Shown here: positions 54,024-63,084 of the stretch, in pieces
Numbering within the stretch: the first letter of the stretch is position 1
Layout of the letters: each line of letters starts with the position of its first letter
From: a virus
Lineage: Duplodnaviria; Heunggongvirae; Uroviricota; Caudoviricetes
Virus record (IMG/VR): IMGVR_UViG_3300028908_000001
Location: 1-64,000 of that record
Reading direction: 5' to 3' (one strand)
Length of the DNA: 64,000 bases
The notes under the pieces: generated by a model
The model's input: only the letters and a program-made list of their open reading frames with translations
Databases searched by the model: none
Told to the model about the DNA's origin: nothing
Translations under genes and position numbers: made by a program

Positions 54024-54458
54024 TTGGGGGCCGACGAAATAGCTAAGACTCGTAGGATAATCCTCGCGGAGGAAGAGTTGCCCGCGGGGATTTTGCCTAA
54101 TGAGGCCGACCCATGGGTACGAAAGACGTTTGTGCGAGGAGACGGCTCATTCAACGCGGCGGCCTTTGCCAAGTGGTTCGAGGAACAAGAATTAAAGTTA
54201 CTTGAGGAGAAATATGGCCCGTTGCAAGTGACGGAATATGACAAGTGGATGTCGGTTTGGTTGATGCGGCTTGTAGAGGAAGCGGACATGTTCATGGGCA
54301 ACATGGTGCCGATGTTGCCGAGTTATTATGAAGGATATGACAAAGTTCCGTGGCAGGATTGGTACCTGTGGGCTATAATATCGGAGGTACGGCAGAAAGA
54401 AATAAAGCGCAGGCAGGAGATGCAGAGTGGGCAAGCCGGTCTACAGCCTAACTATTGA
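54024..54458 (+). CDS. putative tail assembly chaperone
   Basis: Position immediately upstream of the tape-measure protein; acidic. Confidence 0.45.
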   Translation: MGADEIAKTRRIILAEEELPAGILPNEADPWVRKTFVRGDGSFNAAAFAKWFEEQELKLLEEKYGPLQVTEYDKWMSVWLMRLVEEADMFMGNMVPMLPSYYEGYDKVPWQDWYLWAIISEVRQKEIKRRQEMQSGQAGLQPNY

Positions 54459-55020
54459 ACCGACTGCTGGGACGCGGACATTGATGCAGCAGATAGCCCG
54501 CGGGCCGCAAGAGAATATTGCGACGATTATTGCGCGGGCCATTATGGAAGAGATGGCCAACGATCCGACCATTCCGCATTGGGAAGATGATAGCTTGCGG
54601 ACTGGGTGGAAGGTGATAGCAGAAAGCGTCATGCCGGGGGCGGAATATGACATCCATTGGTGCTTGGTGGCCAACACGGAGACAATGGTTCCCGAAAAAG
54701 AGAGTTTGGAAGGCCCGCGGCCATATGACATCGGTCTGGGTATTGAGTTCGGCCACCGCGAGCATTGGGTGGCGTTCGCACCGAAGCGCTTGGGTGGGGA
54801 GACGCCGCACCGGCGCAAGCTTATGCGCTGGATAAGGGCACGAGGTACTCGGAAGCAGAAAGAGGCCTTGGCGCGGCATTTGGCTGGCGAAGAGAACGTG
54901 GCTGTGCTGATGTACGAGTATGAGCCGCGGCCATTTGTTGGCCCCAAGATAGCAGAATATATGAACAGCATCGAAGAAAAGGTTGGCGCGGCGCTACGCC
55001 GCTGGCTTGGTGCTGGGTAG
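54427..55020 (+). CDS. putative tail assembly chaperone (second)
   Basis: GTG start with an AGGAGA SD; overlaps the previous gene in the +1 frame. No slippery heptamer seen. Confidence 0.45.
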   Translation: MGKPVYSLTIEPTAGTRTLMQQIARGPQENIATIIARAIMEEMANDPTIPHWEDDSLRTGWKVIAESVMPGAEYDIHWCLVANTETMVPEKESLEGPRPYDIGLGIEFGHREHWVAFAPKRLGGETPHRRKLMRWIRARGTRKQKEALARHLAGEENVAVLMYEYEPRPFVGPKIAEYMNSIEEKVGAALRRWLGAG

Positions 55021-58000
55021 ATGCGACATCAATTTGAGTGGGAAGTCAAAGCCCATATTGATGCGCAGACAAAGAAGTTATTTGAGTTGCTGGCTGCCCC
55101 GCGGAAGCGAGCTGTGGCATTGCGTGGCGAGAGACTTGGTGTTGGTGCTGAAGATGTAACGCGCTGGGCGAAGCGGGCTGAAGAGTTCCGCAAGCGCATG
55201 GAAGCCGCGAATGCGCAAGCCGCCAAGATGCAGAAGGAAATGGAGCGGCTGGCGGGTAAAAGCGATGAGGTGGCGAAGGCGCAGCGCAAGATATTGGAAG
55301 AGGAGATGGCGGCCGCGCGGGCTTCCGCCGAGCATTGGCGGCGGCGCATGAAACAAGCGCGTGATGTCACGCGCATGTACGAACAGCAGTATCGCTTGGT
55401 GCAGCAGCAACGGCGCGAAGAAGCGCGACTTCAGCGCGCGCAAGCCCGCCGCGCGGCCGAAGAGCAGAAGGCACAAGCGCAGCGAATGCGACAGATAGAG
55501 CAACAAGCCCGCGCTGAGGCGCGTTGGCGACGGCAGCAAATGCGCTACGCCCAGATGTGGGAGCGCCATGCGGAACGGGTCCGCCGCCAAGAGGAACGTG
55601 CCGAGCGGGAGCGCCTGCGGCGTCAGCGCGAGACAGCACGTGCTGCCGTCTACGTGCGGCCGCTGGCTGGGGCAGTGTTGGGTGAGCGGCTAACAGCCCG
55701 CGCTGAAGCTGCTTATCAGGGCCGCATATCTCTCTTGCGTCACTTGTACGGCAGGGCACGGGCCGACAGGGAAGGGGCGGCATATTGGATGAGGCAAGCT
55801 GCCGCGGTCCGAGGCAGCCTGTGGCGCTATCGCGGGGCAATCGCTATCGGCCGCGGTGTGACAGCAGCGCAAGAATTGTTGGGCATCGGGCCTTCGGCCG
55901 CAGCTTATGCCGCAGCCCAGCGCGCGTTGGCCGATGTAACGAAGCGGCGCGTAGCTTGGGAGAAGACATTGACACAGGCTCAGCGTGAAGGCAACCGTGA
56001 GCAGATGCGTGCCGCCGCGGCCACCGTGCGCTTCTATCGTGCCCGCGAACGTGTGCTGCGGCAGATCGTCAGGGAAACTCGCGCATTGCGTAACGCGCGC
56101 ACGCTATGGGGACACATGTCGCGGGCATGGATGTGGGCCACGCGGCAATTATTGCGTGTCAATAACGTATTCGGCCGCACAATAGCCATCTGGAATACGC
56201 TCACCTTGCCAATGCAGCGGTTCTATTGGACGCTGACTTCTATCTTTTATATGATCAACAACTTAGTGCGCCCCATCCGACAACTCGAATATGCCCTATG
56301 GAATTTAGCCCGCCGGATGATGGGAGAAGTTCGCCGCGGCTTCGCGGCACTCATCAACGAGATAGCTGAACTACAAGAAAAGTCAATGCAGTTGTATGCG
56401 ATGTATGGTGCCCGCGGTTTGGGAATGTTCGGTCAAGCCCTGCGCTTCACCATCGGGCGGCCATACACCACCCAAGAGATCATGGGTGCGTATAGGATGA
56501 TATACGCCCAGAACCTACAGCGTTTGATGGCCCCCGAACAGATTATCTCGATGGCCGCGCCGTTAGCCGCCGTTTACCGCGACAAACTCCAAGGGGGCGT
56601 GGAAAGCGTCGTTTACGGTATTGGTCGCGCCGTTCATGGCGACTGGCGCATTCTGCGTCGCCTCGGCATCACTCGTCAAGGCGTTGAAGAGCGCTATGGC
56701 ATTAAAACCCGCGGCCTCAAGACCGAAGAGGAGCGCAATAAACTCTTGCAGGCTATTCTCACGGAGATCAAGCTCCGCTTCGGCGGCGTTGAAAAAATGA
56801 TGAGCAACACATGGAACCAAGTCCTACGCGATTTCTCGGACATCAAGACATTGTTCGCTTGGGTGTATGGTCACACTCCAGGAAATGTCTTCGGTATGTT
56901 GCTGGGAGCATTAACAAAAATACGAGACGTATTGCTCACTTGGTCTAAGGAAGGCTGGTTCGCATACTTTGCACAGAAGTTGAGTGAGTTGACTGTGTGG
57001 CTACAGCCGCTGCTGGACTGGGTGGCGGGGCACATGGATGAGCTACGTACGATAGCCGCGGCCATACTCGATTGGGTCAAAAGTGGTATCAATGCTTTAC
57101 TTAAAGCATTCACTGGATTTGACATGGAGGACATAAAACGTTTGCAGGCAGAATACATTAAGCGCGGGCTACCAAAACAACTAGCCAATCAGATGATAGC
57201 CAACCAGATTTTGCAGAGTTTGCTTGACAAGATATACGAATGGGCACCGCGTGTGCTGGAACTACTTGGTGCAATGCTTAAGCTGCAGAGAGCCGCCGTG
57301 GCTGTTGCATTGTTCGTGGCCAAGGCTGTGGCTGGGTTGGTAGATTTCTTCACGCACCAAAAACCTGGGACCACAGCTCGGACGAAGACAATGGGGCAGA
57401 CCCTAGGTGATTGGGCAGCCTATGCCGAGCAGGCTTTCACGGCGGCACAGCAGTTCTTGGAAGCTTGGAAGAAGCAATTTGAAGCGAGTCCTTATGCTGG
57501 CCCGCGCGGTCATACCTACTCGCCAGCGCAGCGCATTAAGGGACTAATGCCGCCGCGGCCATACTACGATCCAAATACAAAACAAACCTATTGGTACTAT
57601 TATGATGCCAATGGCCGCGTGCGATGGTATCCACATCCGCCCAAGATGCGCCACTATCAGAGCGGTGGCTATGTCGAACAGACTGGCCCAGCCGTCGTAC
57701 ACCGCGGCGAAATGGTGCTGCCAGCAGACAAAGTGAAGAAGCTGTGGAACTTACTGACGGCCGCCGATGCCTGGGGGCACTTCTCAAGGGTGTTCCGCGC
57801 TGGCGGCGGCCTCGTTTCGGCGTTTGCGCCTATGGTTGGGTTGCCTGCATATGGTCTCGGTCTGGTGGGTTCTGCGGCTTCTTGGTGGCGCGGCCGACAG
57901 GCAGCACATTATGCGAAGAGCACAGGTCTCGAAGCGGTCATGCGCTATTATAGTCGCGGCGCTGCTCTGATGAATATGCGCGCCCCGTGGTATAAGAAGC

Positions 58001-58614
58001 GCGGTTTCTGGACTGCGCTGTCTCTGCTGGGTGACTTTTTTGCCACGCGCGGCGGCCTGCTTCTGGGCGGCAGTCTATTACGTGGTGGCACACTTGCGGA
58101 GCGCTTGCTTGCTTGGGGGGGCCAAGGAGAACACATATATACGACGATCCGCGATGTAGCAACGGGTGAAGAGATATTGGCTGCCATTCCGCGGACGGCC
58201 CCAGCATGGCTGCGTGGTTTGCGCTGGGCAGCCCGCGGCGCTGGTGCTGCCTTGGGGCGCATGGGTGGTTTGGGTGGCGCGATGCAGTGGGCGGGCAGGT
58301 TTATGATGCCGTCGTGGAAGTCTTGGTTGTCGCAGTGGCAGTGGCTAAAGTTGTTGGGCTACACAGCGGTGAGGACCAATGCACCCACGCGATTGTATGA
58401 GTGGTGGACCGACTTGCAGCGTCGCCGCGCGGCACTTCGTGAGTACATGCAGAAACCACTTGCGCCCACATCTAACCGCTATGGTGCTGCCCCTATCATC
58501 AATGTGGGGCCTATCTATGTGAGTGCCGACGTGGCCACTAACCCCGAACAGGTACGTAAGATATGGCTTGCTATTGTGTCGCAGTCGAGGATGCAGGCAG
58601 CCGCACGTGTTTAG
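55021..58614 (+). CDS. tape measure protein
   Basis: 1197 aa, highly alpha-helical, R/Q/A/W-rich, in the canonical position. Confidence 0.85.
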   Translation: MRHQFEWEVKAHIDAQTKKLFELLAAPRKRAVALRGERLGVGAEDVTRWAKRAEEFRKRMEAANAQAAKMQKEMERLAGKSDEVAKAQRKILEEEMAAARASAEHWRRRMKQARDVTRMYEQQYRLVQQQRREEARLQRAQARRAAEEQKAQAQRMRQIEQQARAEARWRRQQMRYAQMWERHAERVRRQEERAERERLRRQRETARAAVYVRPLAGAVLGERLTARAEAAYQGRISLLRHLYGRARADREGAAYWMRQAAAVRGSLWRYRGAIAIGRGVTAAQELLGIGPSAAAYAAAQRALADVTKRRVAWEKTLTQAQREGNREQMRAAAATVRFYRARERVLRQIVRETRALRNARTLWGHMSRAWMWATRQLLRVNNVFGRTIAIWNTLTLPMQRFYWTLTSIFYMINNLVRPIRQLEYALWNLARRMMGEVRRGFAALINEIAELQEKSMQLYAMYGARGLGMFGQALRFTIGRPYTTQEIMGAYRMIYAQNLQRLMAPEQIISMAAPLAAVYRDKLQGGVESVVYGIGRAVHGDWRILRRLGITRQGVEERYGIKTRGLKTEEERNKLLQAILTEIKLRFGGVEKMMSNTWNQVLRDFSDIKTLFAWVYGHTPGNVFGMLLGALTKIRDVLLTWSKEGWFAYFAQKLSELTVWLQPLLDWVAGHMDELRTIAAAILDWVKSGINALLKAFTGFDMEDIKRLQAEYIKRGLPKQLANQMIANQILQSLLDKIYEWAPRVLELLGAMLKLQRAAVAVALFVAKAVAGLVDFFTHQKPGTTARTKTMGQTLGDWAAYAEQAFTAAQQFLEAWKKQFEASPYAGPRGHTYSPAQRIKGLMPPRPYYDPNTKQTYWYYYDANGRVRWYPHPPKMRHYQSGGYVEQTGPAVVHRGEMVLPADKVKKLWNLLTAADAWGHFSRVFRAGGGLVSAFAPMVGLPAYGLGLVGSAASWWRGRQAAHYAKSTGLEAVMRYYSRGAALMNMRAPWYKKRGFWTALSLLGDFFATRGGLLLGGSLLRGGTLAERLLAWGGQGEHIYTTIRDVATGEEILAAIPRTAPAWLRGLRWAARGAGAALGRMGGLGGAMQWAGRFMMPSWKSWLSQWQWLKLLGYTAVRTNAPTRLYEWWTDLQRRRAALREYMQKPLAPTSNRYGAAPIINVGPIYVSADVATNPEQVRKIWLAIVSQSRMQAAARV

Positions 58615-58640
58615 ATAAGTGACCGCGCGGGGAATAATTG
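58612..58640 (+). promoter_or_regulatory. promoter, family copy 4 (TAGATA-N17-TAATTG, GGGGAATAATTG)
   Basis: Between the tape-measure stop and the membrane protein ATG at 58656. Confidence 0.45.
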
Positions 58641-58655
58641 CACTGGTGATAACCG

Positions 58656-59921
58656 ATGAGGAGCCTAAAAACACTTTTGAGCCGGAGGGATGTAATGTTT
58701 GCGCTGGCGATGGCGGCGGCCGTCTACAGCGCGTGGCCAACATTTCGTGAAGCATTTACTGCCCCCGACTTCTCCAGGAACTGGCGTCAGGACTGTGACC
58801 TTGTGCTGATACACAAGGGGTTGGTGACACATCCGCGCTTTCGGGATACGTTGGACTGGTGGACGGGCACCTGGGTGGGGCAGGTGCCGTTCTGGCGGCC
58901 GCTGACATCGCTGCTATTCTGGCTGGAGTGGAAGGCGTTTGGCTGGGAGAACCAAGATGCTTGGATGCTGGTGCACTTGCTGGCTTTCATTGGAAGCATC
59001 ACGGCGTTCTTTTGCTTCGTTGAGCTTTTATCGCGGTCGAGCATCACTGCATGGGTGGCAGTTTTATTGTTGTTGTTTGCCCCGCCGTCTTTCTTGCGAT
59101 GGCTCTGGTCGCCAGACCGCAGCCTCATGGTTTGGGATGCCATTCAGTCATGGAAAAATACTCCCGATCTGGTGCTGGCTGTATTGACGTTCACCGCACT
59201 ACTGCTCTGTTTGCGGCGACATTATAGGGCGGCAGCATTCCTTGCTATCATTGCGCCCGCAGTCAAGGAAACGGGTTTCGCTTTGTGCGCAATTGTGGCT
59301 GTCTGGTGCTTCGTGCGCCGCCGGTTGTTCATTGGTGCCGTCCTAGGTGTAGTCATCTTTGTTATGGTTGCAATCAAGCTGCTGGGCCCCGGAGTTGGTT
59401 ATCGTGTGCCGACAGTCAGCCCCTGGCATTTGCGCATGTTTCGCTACGTTATCCCAGCCCAAGTGGCGTTGCAGCGAGATGCAGTTGCTCCCGTTGGTAT
59501 TCTGCTCATAGCTTTGTCGCTCTGTGCTTGCTGGCCACGACGCTGGCGCTACTTGCTGGCAGCGCTTGGTATGGGATTGCTGGTATACGGCTTTGCCATC
59601 GGTCTTACGCCGTTGCTAATAGCGGGGGCGCTGGCCGATCCCTACGTGTGGTTCCGCGTCCTCGCGACGGCCTTGTGGTCGGCGGGTGCACTGTGGGGCA
59701 TGAGCCGAGCTACGTTGTTGGCGGCAGCCGGGGCTGTTGCTTTCGCGGTCCCCTGCACAATAGCTGTGCAAGTTTGGCCACATGCCTACTATGTGTCAGC
59801 AGCGCTACAAGCAGCAGCAGTAGCAATTGCCTGGTGGTGTACATGGCGAAAGCTCGTACACAAGTTCAATTCCCAAGTAGCGCTTGGACGCTCACCCTCG
59901 TTGTGCCCAATTCGGACATGA
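58656..59921 (+). CDS. polytopic (about 11 TM) membrane protein, possibly a GT-C-fold (ArnT/PMT-like) glycosyltransferase
   Basis: 421 aa with many hydrophobic helices. The first loop region, DLVLIHKGLV...FWRPLTSLLFWLEWKAFGW, resembles the GT-C (PMT_2) pattern. Confidence 0.4.
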   Translation: MRSLKTLLSRRDVMFALAMAAAVYSAWPTFREAFTAPDFSRNWRQDCDLVLIHKGLVTHPRFRDTLDWWTGTWVGQVPFWRPLTSLLFWLEWKAFGWENQDAWMLVHLLAFIGSITAFFCFVELLSRSSITAWVAVLLLLFAPPSFLRWLWSPDRSLMVWDAIQSWKNTPDLVLAVLTFTALLLCLRRHYRAAAFLAIIAPAVKETGFALCAIVAVWCFVRRRLFIGAVLGVVIFVMVAIKLLGPGVGYRVPTVSPWHLRMFRYVIPAQVALQRDAVAPVGILLIALSLCACWPRRWRYLLAALGMGLLVYGFAIGLTPLLIAGALADPYVWFRVLATALWSAGALWGMSRATLLAAAGAVAFAVPCTIAVQVWPHAYYVSAALQAAAVAIAWWCTWRKLVHKFNSQVALGRSPSLCPIRT

Positions 59922-62815
59922 CGCTGGGAGTCGGCGCTCCGTGCTCTTCGATTAGTGCGTCGGCAATTGATGCTGGCGTCGAAGCGGCCTACGTTGATGT
60001 CATAATCGGCGGCCCGCCAGTAGAGCACGGTAGATGGGACCCACCACCTCCTGGCGAACCCGCTGGGCTTATGTGGTCGGGCATATATTACGCATACGAC
60101 ATTACTGCCACAGCTCCGTCTAGCTCCAACACGATGAGAGTATGGCTGTGGGCCAAAGACGACTATGGGATTGCGGCACTGCCCGAAGATTTGCCCCCGG
60201 GTGCTATTGTTGTGTATCAGACGCTGCAAATATCTGTCGCCTTTGCAGTATCGGGCATCTACATGAAAGCGGAAACAGAGGAAACCCCAGCATACAGCAC
60301 CAGCATTCTTGCGTTTACCGAGCGGGTGTTGAAGCAAACATGGTTTGCGGATGAAGCAGCGACAGTTTCGGCGACGGCCACTGTCGGGGCCAACAGCGTG
60401 TCGGCATCCGGTACGCTCACAGAGGCTGGTCAAGAGATTGAACTGGGTACCAATTTTGCGCTTTCTTTTGGTTGGACGATACACGAATATGACTACAGCG
60501 ACGTGGTATACGCCCGTGTTTCCGATATCAAGTGGAATGGCAAAGCAGTAGACCTGAGCCACTTGGACCTTTACAGCCCGGGCGACGATGCTCCCGATAG
60601 CAGTTACCCCGACTGGGGGCGCACCCAGACGCAGGAAAATTGCTTCCGCATCGGCCACGCCAACGGCGCCGAAACATGGAGCCACAACTATCAACTCGGC
60701 AGCGTGGTCAACAAAAGTTGGCAGGGCAGGGTTTGGGCACCGCTGTGGGTGGTCTTCACACCGCGCACTGGCAAGTTTGCCGATGATGTGGCTTACTCTG
60801 ACATCTTGGTCAAGGGTACGCCCATAGAGTGGTACCAAGACAGCGGCGGCAACTGGCTTTCGCGGCAGTTAACATTCAGCGGCCAACGCGAGTTCATCTC
60901 CCAGCGCAAGTCGTGGGAGTTCGAGCACGAATACAAGACACTCTCCAGCAACATCTTCTACTTGGACTGGGATCGCGATGACATGAAGACCAAAGGGGAG
61001 GATGTGGGTGAGGACGATAGCCCCGATACGAACAATCAGGCGTGTGCGCTGGAGATACATCCCATCAATGTAGAGAACCTTGAGGGTAATCCTTATGATG
61101 AGTGGCCTGCCGGGTTGTTGATAGCCCACGAAGAGCCGATACGGGTTGTGAAACCTCCGGGAATTAGCCGCCCCGCCAATTGGGTCGGTAGCAACGGCCT
61201 CACTCCGGATAGCACAAACAACGACCTGTGGCGCGTGGCCGCCGGTAGCACAAATGCAACAGCAACGCTCACACTGGCTACGCGCAAGTGGAATAGACTC
61301 AATCGCATTGTGCAGCAGGATCCCGCACTGGGGAACTTGATGAAGCACCGCGACTTGCTAATTATCAACCGGCCCAACTTGGACCAGATCGGCGGCGAAT
61401 ATCTCGATCCCGAAAGCGAGCGCATTCCAGAGAACGAATGGCACTGGAAGAACTTTGCGTATGGGGAGTTGAGGATAAAAGCCCCGCGGCAGGCGCAAAT
61501 CGAAATCATAGTTGATTACTCAACAGTAACAGCCACCGACCCGTGCTATCCAACGCTCGAACAGGGAGAGTTCGAGTATACACGTTCGACACATCAAGTA
61601 AAATACAAGGTTACTGTGGAGGCCACGCCAGCGGGGCAAGATTATTCGAGCGTCGTCTTCGATCTTGCTGTGCCAATTGAGGGCGACATCGCGCCCAACC
61701 TGTGGCATGTAGACAAGATAACATTGCGCATCCTGGGGACGGCCGTCGAAGACGAAGAGTGGATATTCGACGACATTTACCTCAGCGGTTCCTACTGGCA
61801 GGCTTCTTGGGGGGACGAACCTGACAGTCACTTCGAGTGTCGGTTGTATGATCCTTGGGACTTCCTTGCGGACTACACGGGCTTCGCGGGCGTAGTCAGC
61901 GGCATCAAATGTTTTGACATCCCTTATGGCTATGAGGAATATGAGCGCGTCGAGCGCAGCTTGAAACAGCGACAGAAGGCCCGCTCGCGGTCCACAGGCC
62001 AGATTATGGACTATGCGAAACCGCTGCGGCGGCTTAAAGATGAAATCTATTGGCAACGTGGCTGGGCGGCCACCTATTACAACCCTGAAGACAGCGCGGC
62101 CAACAAGGATAGCGAAGGCAATAAGCTCATTGGCACGTTCCGCTGGTGGGATTTGTATCGATTCCACGAGTGGAAGTTTGATAGCCCGCCGCGAAGCACG
62201 AGCCAAGAGCTAAAAGTGGTGCCCATTGTACGACAGATACACGCCGTGGCGGGTATCAAGCACGTCATCTATTACGAGAAGTTTGCGCAGGGTCGTGCCC
62301 ACGGCTTGGCATTCGCAACGGACAGGAGTGGGCGTCTGCGATACGAAGGCAGCGTTAAGCTATATAGAAGGCCCGCGGGTGGCGGCACTTGGGTGGAAGT
62401 AGACGAAGATACCCCGGATGGCCACGGGCGTTTCCGTTTGGGGCCGGGGCTTGAGAAGGGCTACGAATACAAGGTTGATGATTATGCTACGGTGTACACT
62501 TTCGCCAACACGCGCTACGTATGGGCGCGATATACGGCCGCCGTTTCGCGCGGCGATGTCTGTCGCAACTATGCGGGTTGTTTCTTCTTGTTGATAGCCG
62601 ACGGCAGCACATTGAAACTGTACTTCCGCCAAGGCATCAATTGCCCGTGGCACGGGCCGTACACCGTTGCAGAACTATCGAGCGGAGCGGCGGCCCTCGA
62701 TGTTGTTGAGGGCGGCGGTGGCATGCCGGTGTTGATAGTGGAAACAAATGATGGGAAAGTTGCTATAATACGTGTAGAAAAGCTCGGCGAAGGCCGCCAA
62801 CTGTACTTCGGCTGA
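59918..62815 (+). CDS. large tail protein (distal tail/tip or fibre-like)
   Basis: ATGA overlap start at 59918; about 965 aa; beta-rich. Confidence 0.6.
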   Translation: MTLGVGAPCSSISASAIDAGVEAAYVDVIIGGPPVEHGRWDPPPPGEPAGLMWSGIYYAYDITATAPSSSNTMRVWLWAKDDYGIAALPEDLPPGAIVVYQTLQISVAFAVSGIYMKAETEETPAYSTSILAFTERVLKQTWFADEAATVSATATVGANSVSASGTLTEAGQEIELGTNFALSFGWTIHEYDYSDVVYARVSDIKWNGKAVDLSHLDLYSPGDDAPDSSYPDWGRTQTQENCFRIGHANGAETWSHNYQLGSVVNKSWQGRVWAPLWVVFTPRTGKFADDVAYSDILVKGTPIEWYQDSGGNWLSRQLTFSGQREFISQRKSWEFEHEYKTLSSNIFYLDWDRDDMKTKGEDVGEDDSPDTNNQACALEIHPINVENLEGNPYDEWPAGLLIAHEEPIRVVKPPGISRPANWVGSNGLTPDSTNNDLWRVAAGSTNATATLTLATRKWNRLNRIVQQDPALGNLMKHRDLLIINRPNLDQIGGEYLDPESERIPENEWHWKNFAYGELRIKAPRQAQIEIIVDYSTVTATDPCYPTLEQGEFEYTRSTHQVKYKVTVEATPAGQDYSSVVFDLAVPIEGDIAPNLWHVDKITLRILGTAVEDEEWIFDDIYLSGSYWQASWGDEPDSHFECRLYDPWDFLADYTGFAGVVSGIKCFDIPYGYEEYERVERSLKQRQKARSRSTGQIMDYAKPLRRLKDEIYWQRGWAATYYNPEDSAANKDSEGNKLIGTFRWWDLYRFHEWKFDSPPRSTSQELKVVPIVRQIHAVAGIKHVIYYEKFAQGRAHGLAFATDRSGRLRYEGSVKLYRRPAGGGTWVEVDEDTPDGHGRFRLGPGLEKGYEYKVDDYATVYTFANTRYVWARYTAAVSRGDVCRNYAGCFFLLIADGSTLKLYFRQGINCPWHGPYTVAELSSGAAALDVVEGGGGMPVLIVETNDGKVAIIRVEKLGEGRQLYFG

Positions 62816-63084
62816 TGGCAACGTTTGATGGTGCCCGCGCGGGCGACTTATATGTCGTCCTACAAAAGAAAGATGATGGGATATATAGCCGCCGGTTCAG
62901 CTTGGAGACCGGCCAAGCCGTGGCATTCTCCGACGGCAGCACAGAAAAGAAAGTCATAGACACATCCGACGAGTTCGCGCTGGTGGAGCTGGACCAAGGA
63001 ATGCTGGAATTGATACTGCTGTCCGATAGAAGCCTATGGATAAGCCGCGATGCTGGCGAAAGCTTTGAACAAGTAAATGGCTAA
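62815..63084 (+). CDS. hypothetical small tail-module protein
   Basis: 89-aa ORF. Confidence 0.45.
   Translation: MATFDGARAGDLYVVLQKKDDGIYSRRFSLETGQAVAFSDGSTEKKVIDTSDEFALVELDQGMLELILLSDRSLWISRDAGESFEQVNG

Noticed and set aside
54427-54458. Programmed G/GT-type frameshift between the two chaperone ORFs upstream of the tape-measure gene
   Set aside because: The downstream ORF has its own GTG start with an AGGAGA SD, is in the +1 rather than -1 frame, and no slippery heptamer is visible. Treated as separate genes.
55029-58755. Multiple minus-strand ORFs within the tape-measure gene
   Set aside because: Antisense to a 1197-aa ORF of canonical tape-measure character; Arg/Ala-rich shadow frames.
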